A DNA stretch of 62,392 bases from Sphingomonadaceae bacterium (lineage in GTDB: Bacteria > Chloroflexota > UBA6077). The notes beneath the pieces are model-generated. The model was not told the DNA's origin and did not search any database. It worked only from the letters and a program-made list of their open reading frames with translations. A program made the position numbers and the translations under genes. Positions 32,369-40,582 of this stretch are shown piece after piece. The DNA lies in NCBI GenBank assembly GCA_050261575.1, contig JBLNDL010000031.1, positions 1-62,392 on the forward strand. The letters are read 5' to 3'. Numbering within the stretch: the stretch's first letter is position 1; every line of letters begins with the position of its first letter.

Positions 32369-32803
32369 GTGGTCGGTAGCAGTGAGGCCGACCGTCTCGC
32401 GACAAGTAGGCTGCACATTCTGGAACAGATGGCGCTGGCGCTGGAATCCACCGACTGCCTCCCTCTTCTCTTCGACATCCTGGAGGGGCCGGTGCGCGCG
32501 ACCCTCGGGGCTACAGCCGTCCACTTCGTTCCTTCAGCGGAGCCATCGGCGGTTGGAGACGGTACGGAGGCGAGCCGGGACGGGAAGCCTGGCCAGAAGG
32601 GGTTCACGGCCGGTTCGCAGGGCGTGCCCGACTCGGATCCCCGCGACACCCTGGGAGCCCTGATCGTCGATCTTCCGGACGACAAGACCCTGTCGCCGGA
32701 CGACACCACCTTTATCGAGTCCGTGGGTGCGCTGCTGGGCGTGGCCGTGGAGAGCGCCCGTTTGAGGGAACGGTTGGCCCGTAGGATGGCTCGCCGAAAG
32801 TGA
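32369..32803 (+). CDS. Stand-alone GAF-like domain protein; start uncertain
   Basis: LGALIV...LSPDDTTFIESVGALLGVAVESARL is a typical GAF C-terminal helix. Confidence 0.65.
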   Translation: MVGSSEADRLATSRLHILEQMALALESTDCLPLLFDILEGPVRATLGATAVHFVPSAEPSAVGDGTEASRDGKPGQKGFTAGSQGVPDSDPRDTLGALIVDLPDDKTLSPDDTTFIESVGALLGVAVESARLRERLARRMARRK

Positions 32804-32930
32804 TAGGGGCCCAGCGCATCCCCGGGGAGCACGTCGTGGTCATCTCCCGATCGCTGCGCTATAATCGCCGGAGCCTTCGAGCCGGTAAGCCCGGACTCAC
32901 CGATACGGGGCGAAGGAGGAAGAGCGCATC

Positions 32931-33905
32931 TTGGGAGATCTCTCCTTGGGGGCCGTGGCCGAGGCCGCGAGCCGTGTGCGCGAGAACGTAGGTCGGGTCG
33001 TAGTCGGCAAAGAAGAGGCCGTCACCCTGATGCTGGTGGCCCTGCTGTGTGAGGGCCACGTACTGCTAGAGGACGTGCCCGGTCTCGGGAAGACGACGCT
33101 GGCGAAGTCCCTCGCCCGCTCGCTCGGACTCACCTTCCAGCGGATACAGTTCACACCCGATCTGCTGCCCTCGGACGTGACGGGGGTCGCCTATTTCAAC
33201 CAGAGGGATCAAGAGTTCCAGTTTCGACCCGGCCCGATCTTCGCCAACGTGCTCCTGGCCGACGAGATCAACAGGGCGACCCCTCGCACCCAATCGGCGC
33301 TGCTGGAGGCGATGGAGGAGCGGCAGGTCACCGTCGACGGTGAGACCTATCCCCTCCCCCGACCCTTCTTCGTCCTGGCCACCGAGAACCCGGTGGAACT
33401 CGAGGGCACGTTTCCGCTGCCGGAGGCCCAACTTGATCGATTCCTGATGAGGATCGGGTTGGGGTATCCGACCCGCGAGGAGGAGAAGCGGATCGCGCGC
33501 CGCTTCATGGCCGATAACCCGCTCGAGGGACTTCGGCCGGTGCTCTCCGCCGAAGAGCTACCCTCACTGGCGAGCGCCTGCCGCAGGGTCTACGTCGCCG
33601 AGGCGGTGGAGGACTACCTGGTGGACCTGGTTCGTGCCTCCAGGGAGGCTGCGGGGGTGAGCCTTGGCGCCAGCCCCAGAGCTACCATCGCCCTGCTCCG
33701 AGGCGCACAGGCGCTGGCAGCCCTGGAGGGTCGCGACTTCGTTCTGCCCGACGACGTGAAGCGGCTGGCCGGGCCGGTTCTCTCCCATCGCCTGATCCCT
33801 ACCTCCCAGGGCTACCTCCACGGCCAGGCTGGATCGCAATTGGTGGGAGAGCTGTTGGAGCGGATCCCGGCACCCGTGGAAGACGTGGTTCAGGCGGAAA
33901 GGTGA
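32931..33905 (+). CDS. moxR: MoxR family AAA+ ATPase
   Basis: GHVLLEDVPGLGKT, RIQFTPDLLPSD, DEINRATPRTQSALLE, LPEAQLDRF. Confidence 0.95.
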   Translation: MGDLSLGAVAEAASRVRENVGRVVVGKEEAVTLMLVALLCEGHVLLEDVPGLGKTTLAKSLARSLGLTFQRIQFTPDLLPSDVTGVAYFNQRDQEFQFRPGPIFANVLLADEINRATPRTQSALLEAMEERQVTVDGETYPLPRPFFVLATENPVELEGTFPLPEAQLDRFLMRIGLGYPTREEEKRIARRFMADNPLEGLRPVLSAEELPSLASACRRVYVAEAVEDYLVDLVRASREAAGVSLGASPRATIALLRGAQALAALEGRDFVLPDDVKRLAGPVLSHRLIPTSQGYLHGQAGSQLVGELLERIPAPVEDVVQAER

Positions 33906-33909
33906 CCCA

Positions 33910-35160
33910 GTGTATAGCTCCGGGATGCTATCCCTTCTGCTGGCGCTGCTGGGGTTGAGCATCCTCACCCGGGAGACTTCCCTCTTCCTTTTGAGCCTTG
34001 TCCTCCTGGCCTCCGCCCTGATGTCCCGTCTGTGGGAGCGCTACTGCTTGGTGAGGGTGGAGTATGGGCGGCGCTTCAGCCGACTCAGGGTTCCCTTCGG
34101 CGAGGACGTGGAGATGGAAGTGGAGCTGGTCAACCGTAAGCTACTGCCGCTCTCGTGGCTGGAGGTGGAGGACGAAATCCCGCTGCAGCTATCCCCGACG
34201 ATGGGGCGGGTACAGCCATCCCACAAGCCGGGTCGGGCGCTGCTGACCGGCCTGTACGCCCTCAGGCCCTACGAGCGAATCCGCCGCAGGTACTCCCTCT
34301 CCTGCCTGGCTCGGGGCGAGCACATCTTCGGCCCGGTCCGGTTGCGCTCGGGCGATCTCTTTGGGTTCGTCGACAGGGAGGAACGCCTCGAACGGGTGGA
34401 GAGCGTGGTGGTCTATCCGCGTGTGGTGCCCCTGACGGAGCTGGGCCTGCCAGCGTTCCACCCCCTGGGGGAGATGAGAACCCAGAGCTGGGTGTTCGAG
34501 GACGTGAGCCGTCTAGCCGGCGCCCGAGAGCACCGGCCCGGAGACGGGTTGCGGCGGATCCACTGGCCCGCCAGTGTGAGAACCCAGAGGCTCCACTCAA
34601 AGGTCTACGAGGCGACCACCAACCACAGGCTGGCGATCCTGCTCGATCTGGCAACGCCCGGCTCGGGCGGGTTCGGCCACGGCTACGACCCCGACGTGCA
34701 GGAGTTGGGGATCACCACGGCTGCCTCCATCGCCCGGTGGGGGCTCGACCGCGGCTACCAAGTTGGGCTGTACACCAACGGTATCCACTTGGGAGGGCGG
34801 GGCCCCGTGGCCGTCGAGGCCGGGCGCAACCCCAGCCAGCTCGAGCAGATCCTCCTGGCGTTGGGACGCCTCCAGCCCGTTCACGCGCTCGGCTTCGACC
34901 TGCTCTTGAGTCGGGAGGCGCGTCGCCTGCCGTATGGGGCGACCCTGGTCGCGGTGGCGGCAACACTCACACCCCCCGTTGCCGCTGCCCTGTTGGGACT
35001 CCGGCGGCGAGGGTTCCCGGTGGTGGCGATCCTGACGGGCCGCGATGGGGATGGGGTCGCACCGGAGGGGATATTGGTGCGTAGGGTTGGGCCACCGGAG
35101 TCGTGGAGGGAGGCGACAGTGCTTTCACCGGCTGCAGCCGATCCATGCAGGGTGAGGTAG
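33910..35160 (+). CDS. DUF58 domain protein
   Basis: REHRPGDGLRRIHWPAS and VVYP motifs; directly after moxR. Confidence 0.9.
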   Translation: MYSSGMLSLLLALLGLSILTRETSLFLLSLVLLASALMSRLWERYCLVRVEYGRRFSRLRVPFGEDVEMEVELVNRKLLPLSWLEVEDEIPLQLSPTMGRVQPSHKPGRALLTGLYALRPYERIRRRYSLSCLARGEHIFGPVRLRSGDLFGFVDREERLERVESVVVYPRVVPLTELGLPAFHPLGEMRTQSWVFEDVSRLAGAREHRPGDGLRRIHWPASVRTQRLHSKVYEATTNHRLAILLDLATPGSGGFGHGYDPDVQELGITTAASIARWGLDRGYQVGLYTNGIHLGGRGPVAVEAGRNPSQLEQILLALGRLQPVHALGFDLLLSREARRLPYGATLVAVAATLTPPVAAALLGLRRRGFPVVAILTGRDGDGVAPEGILVRRVGPPESWREATVLSPAAADPCRVR

Positions 35161-36611
35161 CTGTAGTGAACGTTGGGATCACCGCGGTCCAGTACCTCTT
35201 GCTGCTGGCGGGTGAGATCTCCTGGGCGTATCCCTGGTCCCTGATGGTGGGATTGTGGCTGGCGCGGATCGGAGACCCCGCCTTGGACATCCACACCGTC
35301 GCGTGGGTCCTGACGCTGTCGGTTGCCGCCGCGCGGGTCGCGGCCAGTGTGCGGTGGCCGTCCATCCTCGTTCGAGTCTTCCTCGCCTCGTTGGCCGTGG
35401 CCTCGGTGGGTCTGGCGGCCCTACTCGAGCTGCCGGGTTTCTGGGCCGGAATGGGTGCCGCCGAGCTGTGGAACCATCTCTTCGGTGGCGATCTCGGGGG
35501 CAGGGCGGCGGTGGCCGCGGGCTTCGCGGGCTTCCTTTGGTGGAGGGGCATGGGGATGGGTCGCACACCCATGAGCGGCGAGGTTGTGGAGCAGGGGTTT
35601 CGGGGCGGCGTGGTCGCCATGACCTGTCTGCTGATCTTCGTCGGGCTGGCTGGTGGCCACTCCCCGCTTCCGGCTGACGTCCTGCTCTTGTGTGCACTGG
35701 TGATGGTCTCTGCCGGCCTGGTGGGGATGCCACTGGCCACGGTCGTCGACGTGGGAAGCCGCTCGCGCCGCCGGGGCGGGTCCGGGCTATCACCGGCCGG
35801 CCCCTGGCTGGCGATGCTGCTCACGGTGGTGGGTGTCCTGCTGGTCGCGTCCCTGCTGCTAGCGCAGCTTCTCAGCTTCGATCGGGTGGCGGCGGCGTGG
35901 GCTGCGGTAAGCGGCCCGCTGGGGGATTTCTCGTGGACCTTGGTGTACATCCTGGCGCTGCCCATCGGCCTTCTCGTGGAGCTACTCCTCTTCCTGGTTC
36001 GGCTGCTGCAGCATCCAGGCGTGGCGAGGCCACGGCGGCAGGCAGATGGCCTGCAATGGCTCGACCAGTTGAGGCAGCGCGAAGCCGCGGAGATACCACC
36101 GGAGGTGGTTCTAGCTCTCAAGGTGGCCCTCGTCGTGGCGCTAGCCTTCCTGCTGGTGTGGCTGGTCCTGCGAGCCCTCTCCCGGCTGAGGAACGGGTGG
36201 GGGAGGGAGGAGGTGGAGGAGAGCCACGACTTCGTGTGGAGTTGGCCTGGGCTCGGGGGGCTTTGGGGGTGGCTGCTCGCCAGGTGGCGGCCGATCCAGG
36301 CCCGGGCGGTGGCCCGCCTGGTGGGGACGCGCGCCAGACGGGTGGGCGCCCGGAGCGTCATGGAATTGTACCGGGAGTTCCTGGCCCTGGGGGCGAGCCT
36401 AGGCCGGGGTCGCAGGGTGCCAGAGACGCCGTTGGAGTATCAGCGGAGGTTGCTGGGCGAGGCTTCGTTGCCGGGTGGCGAGGAGGTTCGTCTGCTCACC
36501 GATTCCTTCAACCTGGCGCGCTACGGTCGCCCCGCTGCCCGGCAGCCCGACCTCCCAGCCCTGCTCGCGGCGCTCGCCCGACTGGGGGAGCTGTGGCGGG
36601 GGCGCCCGTGA
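35145..36611 (+). CDS. Membrane protein with C-terminal DUF4129
   Basis: Multiple TM helices; LYREFL, ETPLEY, LTDSFNLARYG. Confidence 0.8.
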   Translation: MQGEVAVVNVGITAVQYLLLLAGEISWAYPWSLMVGLWLARIGDPALDIHTVAWVLTLSVAAARVAASVRWPSILVRVFLASLAVASVGLAALLELPGFWAGMGAAELWNHLFGGDLGGRAAVAAGFAGFLWWRGMGMGRTPMSGEVVEQGFRGGVVAMTCLLIFVGLAGGHSPLPADVLLLCALVMVSAGLVGMPLATVVDVGSRSRRRGGSGLSPAGPWLAMLLTVVGVLLVASLLLAQLLSFDRVAAAWAAVSGPLGDFSWTLVYILALPIGLLVELLLFLVRLLQHPGVARPRRQADGLQWLDQLRQREAAEIPPEVVLALKVALVVALAFLLVWLVLRALSRLRNGWGREEVEESHDFVWSWPGLGGLWGWLLARWRPIQARAVARLVGTRARRVGARSVMELYREFLALGASLGRGRRVPETPLEYQRRLLGEASLPGGEEVRLLTDSFNLARYGRPAARQPDLPALLAALARLGELWRGRP

Positions 36612-37825
36612 GGCCGCTGCCCTTAACGCGAATCGTGCTGTACGGTGTGGCCAACATGGGGTCCAACCTCGTGTACGCCTTCGCCAATTTCGCGTTCCCC
36701 CTCTTCCTGTCGGCCTACCAGATCCCCAATCTGGCGATCGGCTTCCTGGCACAAGAGCGCTCCTTCGTCGGAGGCTTCGTTCAGCCTATCGTCGGGGCGA
36801 TCTCGGACCGCATGCCGCCAAATCCCCTGGGCCGGCGGCGTCCATTCTTTCTGGTGGGCATTCCTCTGACCGCCCTGTCTCTGGTCTTCCTCTCCACCTA
36901 TCCCCCTCTGGGAGCGGTGGTCGTGGTGATGACCCTCTTCTCCTTCTTCCTGGCCGTGGCCCACGACCCGTACATGGCTCTCCTGCCCGACATCACGCCT
37001 TCCGAGCAAAGGGGGAGGGTCGGCGGCGTGCTTGCGCTGTTCAACATGCTGGGTGGCATCACCGTCATCGTCCTGTCCTTCCTCCTGTGGGAGTCCAATC
37101 AGTCGGCGGTGTTCTATCTGGTGGCCCTGGGGCTGGTGGGCACTTACGCCGTGACCTTCTTCGGTGTCGAGGAGCCCCCCATTCCCCCGACGGTGGCATG
37201 GCGGGCGCGCCGGTGGTCGCTGACGGTGTACCTGCGGGACTTGCTGGCGCGACGCGAACTGACCAGGTACCTGGTCGCCATCTTCTTCTTCTGGCTGGGC
37301 AATGGCGGTATCACGCCCTTCGTGACACGCTTTGGGGTAGAGGTGCTGGGGGTGGAGGAGAACGTCTCTTTCCTGCTGGTGCTGCCTGCGATCCTGGGCG
37401 CTGCCCTCTTCGCGGTGCCCGCTGGACTGGCCACGGAGCGCTTCGGCAAGAAGCCCGTTCTGGGGCTGGGACTGTTCCTCTTTGGTGGAGTCGCGCTGGT
37501 GGGCGGGCAACTGGTGCAGAGTCTTCCGCACGCACTGCTGTTGATGTCCATCATCGGGCTAGCCAACGCCATCACCGCCGCCCTTATCCTTCCCCTTCTG
37601 GCGGACTTGATCCCGCGGCAGCGGGCCGGGGAGTTCACTGGGATTGGCTCCCTGCTGTGGTCGTTGGCTCAGCCGATAGGTGCGGTCGGGGCCGGGGCGA
37701 TGGCCGACGCGACAGGGTCGTTGCGGGGCGCGTTCGCGGCCGGAGGGGCGGCGATGCTGATTGCCTCCGTGCTCCTGCGGGGGGTGCACCCGGAGCGGGC
37801 TGTGGAGGAGACACCGAACCGCTAA
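36608..37825 (+). CDS. MFS transporter (GPH/sugar-type)
   Basis: QPIVGAISDR, GRRRPF, PYMALLPD; GTGA overlap with the upstream stop. Confidence 0.88.
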   Translation: MRPLPLTRIVLYGVANMGSNLVYAFANFAFPLFLSAYQIPNLAIGFLAQERSFVGGFVQPIVGAISDRMPPNPLGRRRPFFLVGIPLTALSLVFLSTYPPLGAVVVVMTLFSFFLAVAHDPYMALLPDITPSEQRGRVGGVLALFNMLGGITVIVLSFLLWESNQSAVFYLVALGLVGTYAVTFFGVEEPPIPPTVAWRARRWSLTVYLRDLLARRELTRYLVAIFFFWLGNGGITPFVTRFGVEVLGVEENVSFLLVLPAILGAALFAVPAGLATERFGKKPVLGLGLFLFGGVALVGGQLVQSLPHALLLMSIIGLANAITAALILPLLADLIPRQRAGEFTGIGSLLWSLAQPIGAVGAGAMADATGSLRGAFAAGGAAMLIASVLLRGVHPERAVEETPNR

Positions 37826-37897
37826 GCAGGTATCTCTGGTTCGTGTCAGCTTGTCCGGCGGGAGGCGTGTACTCTATCTGTAGATCCTGCCTAGCCG

Positions 37898-38653
37898 TTA
37901 CCCAGAAGGGCCTCCTACCCCCTCCTCAGTGGCCTCGTAGTATGCACCCCAGAGATCCCGCGGAAGCAGGCGGCCGATCGACACCATCACCTTGGTCCTG
38001 GCCCACGTGTCCAGATTCTCCGCCGGTGCCCCCTCCAGAGAGAAGGGCTCGCCGAATCTCACCACCAGGGTTCGCTCATCCAGGTAGGCCCCGGCGGGCA
38101 GCAACGGGATACCCGCTGTGCTGACTCGGTGGAGGAATGCGCCGGAGCCGGGCTTCGCCTCCACCAGCGCGGTGCTGGCCCTGCCCTCTGGAAAGAGTCC
38201 GACAGCCGCACGGGGCGCTCCAGGGGGCTGGCGATAGCCCAGATACTCCAGCACCCGCCGGAGGGCGGTGGCCCTGCCGAGCAAGTCGGAGGGGCGCGGA
38301 GGCGTAGGGATGAGTCCCCAGACGGCGCAGGCGCGAGGAAAGAGAAGCGCGGAGAGGGGGTTGGGCACCCAAATGTCTCCCAACTCGAACCAACGCCACT
38401 GGGAGAGGACGAGCCAGTGGAGGTCGCGGCTGCCCGGCTCCCGCACGGAGGCCACTGCGGCGCTGATGGCGGCGGCCACCCAGCCGACCCAGAGGTCCGG
38501 CGCCTGAAAGTGGTTGGCCACCAGTAGGAACGGCTCCCTAGGGGGTACCGCTCGCAACCCCTCGAATCTGGGTGGTGGGATCATCCGGGCGACGAGGCGC
38601 AGCGAGTCCTCGGCAATGGAGCGTCGCCTTCCCGTCAAGAGGGACCAGGTCAC
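37898..38653 (-). CDS. Lysophospholipid acyltransferase (PlsC-like); start uncertain
   Basis: LVANHFQAPD (HX4D), LFPEG, RFGEPF. Confidence 0.8.
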   Translation of the reverse strand: MTWSLLTGRRRSIAEDSLRLVARMIPPPRFEGLRAVPPREPFLLVANHFQAPDLWVGWVAAAISAAVASVREPGSRDLHWLVLSQWRWFELGDIWVPNPLSALLFPRACAVWGLIPTPPRPSDLLGRATALRRVLEYLGYRQPPGAPRAAVGLFPEGRASTALVEAKPGSGAFLHRVSTAGIPLLPAGAYLDERTLVVRFGEPFSLEGAPAENLDTWARTKVMVSIGRLLPRDLWGAYYEATEEGVGGPSG

Positions 38654-38776
38654 CTCTCCGAGGAGGCCGGGCCCGAGGTCACGGAGGGCGCGCAGGATCG
38701 CCGCGTCGCCGCTGCTGTCCAGGGATGTGGTTGCAGACCCGATGGTCGGCTCCCTCCACCGAGTGTGGCGGGGTGT

Positions 38777-39511
38777 CTACCTCTGGGGCCTGACCCAGGG
38801 CCTGGATCCGGCCACGAATCGCGCTGCCCAGTAGCCCTCGTTCAGGGAGCTGATCTGCACCCCGAAGCCCTCAGAGGTAGCGTGGATGAACTTGCCTTCG
38901 CCCAGGTAGATGCCCCCGTGGGACAACCCCCACATGTAGGTGTTCTCGAAGAATACCAGATCTCCCGGCTGCAGGTCATCCAACGCAACCCTTGGGCCGG
39001 CGTTGAGTTGCCCCCAGAGATCGTGTGGGGGGATGGGGATGCCGGCTTCCTCGTAGACGTACCCGTCGAAGCCGCTGCAGTCGAATCCTGTGCTGGGCGA
39101 GTCTCCCGCCCATGCGTAGGGGAAGCCCAGATACCTGCGCGCGACGGCCGCCACCCGGTCGCCAAGGCTCTGGGCTGCACCAGATCTGGCGGAAGCTCCC
39201 GCGCGAGCGCCACCGCGGGCCGAGGGCGTGATCCGTTCCCCGGTCTCGGTCGTAGCCTCGTCCGCGGGGTCTGCGCCGGATTCGACGTCCGGAGATCCCT
39301 CTTCCCTCTGCGGCACGTCCGGCAGCCACCCCTCCGCGGGGGACTGCTCGGAAACCACGGCTGCGCGGCCGGTGCCATCGTCTACCTCCTGGAATTGGAG
39401 GCCGGGCTGTGTCAACGGGGCCGGGTCCGACATGGCCCGTCCCGCGAGGAACGGAGTCACAGCCAGGAAGGCCGCCGCCAGGAGGGCTGCTACGGCGAAG
39501 CGGGACCTCAT
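38777..39511 (-). CDS. Secreted NlpC/P60 (C40) peptidase
   Basis: Signal peptide; YLGFPYAWAG, FDCSG, LQPGDLVFF, HGGIYLG, FIHA. Confidence 0.92.
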   Translation of the reverse strand: MRSRFAVAALLAAAFLAVTPFLAGRAMSDPAPLTQPGLQFQEVDDGTGRAAVVSEQSPAEGWLPDVPQREEGSPDVESGADPADEATTETGERITPSARGGARAGASARSGAAQSLGDRVAAVARRYLGFPYAWAGDSPSTGFDCSGFDGYVYEEAGIPIPPHDLWGQLNAGPRVALDDLQPGDLVFFENTYMWGLSHGGIYLGEGKFIHATSEGFGVQISSLNEGYWAARFVAGSRPWVRPQR

Positions 39512-39856
39512 CTCTTTCTGGTGCACGGCTCTGGGTCTCGTGGTTCGGCGCTCTGCTTCTTTCAGGGTAGCGACGACTGGGCTGACCGGGCGCGGGGCTA
39601 GTGAGGTACTCCGATAGAGTTCTGTAAGCCGTACAGAGTGCTTGTTGATCCTAGTATAGCACGGATTGTCAAGGTTCACTCTCGTGTGCGGTCGTGTCTC
39701 GCTGCATGTGCTCCCCTACCAGGCCGCCAGGCGCATTCGTAGAGGCTGATCTACATATCTGCCCGGGGCGCACACGCCGATCTTCCCCCGCCGAACTGCG
39801 GTGATGCCAGCGCGCACCACGCGTTTCGACCTGTGCGGGTGTGGCTGGAGCTTTCC

Positions 39857-40582
39857 CTACAGCAGATCCTCGGCGTCCGTGCCCAGGTAGGAGCGCTTGA
39901 TCAGATCGGTGTTCGCCAGTTCGGTGGCGGACCCCGTCTGGGTCACCCGTCCAAGCTCCAGGACGTAGCCGCGGTCGGCGACGGCTAAGGCCATGCTGGC
40001 ATTCTGCTCCACCAGCAGGATGGTGGTGCCCCGAGCTCGGATCTCCTCGATCACGTAGAAGACCTGATCCACCAGGTTGGGGGCCAATCCCAGGGAGGGC
40101 TCGTCCAGCATCAGCAGTCGTGGCTTCGCCACCAGTCCGCGGCCGATGACCAGCATCTGCTGCTCGCCGCCGGAAAGCGACCACGCGTACTGCTTGTATC
40201 GCTCCCTCAGGCGTGGGAACATCTCCAGTACGGCCTCCACATCCTCCCGGATCTCTCGAGATGGCCTGCCCAGGGCAAGGCCGCCGAACTCCAGGTTCTC
40301 GCCGACGGTGAAGCCCGGAAACACCCTTCTCCCTTCCGGCACGTGCGCGATGCCCGTGGCGGCCACTCGGTCGGGTGACAGACCGGCAATGTTCCGGCCG
40401 TCCAGAAGGATCTGCCCAGAGGTGGGCTTGAGGACCCCGGAGATGGTTCTGAGGGTGGTGCTCTTGCCGGCGCCGTTGGCGCCGATCAGGGCGATTGTCT
40501 CCCCCTGCCTGACCTCCAGCGAGACCCCGTGGAGGGCCTCGACTCGGCCGTAGCTGACGCAAACCCTATCGAGTACGAGCAC
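39857..40582 (-). CDS. livF: Liv-type ABC transporter ATP-binding protein
   Basis: GANGAGKST, VPEGRRVF, LSGGEQQML, DEPSLGLAP, VEQN. Confidence 0.93.
   Translation of the reverse strand: MLVLDRVCVSYGRVEALHGVSLEVRQGETIALIGANGAGKSTTLRTISGVLKPTSGQILLDGRNIAGLSPDRVAATGIAHVPEGRRVFPGFTVGENLEFGGLALGRPSREIREDVEAVLEMFPRLRERYKQYAWSLSGGEQQMLVIGRGLVAKPRLLMLDEPSLGLAPNLVDQVFYVIEEIRARGTTILLVEQNASMALAVADRGYVLELGRVTQTGSATELANTDLIKRSYLGTDAEDLL

Noticed and set aside
35690..36607. Apparent 306-aa N-terminal extension of the MFS ORF
   Set aside because: Overlaps the DUF4129 gene in another frame; the MFS most likely starts at GTG 36608
39653..39672. TTGACA and TATACT upstream of the NlpC/P60 gene
   Set aside because: Spacer is only 8 bp, so they are not a -35/-10 pair; at most an extended -10
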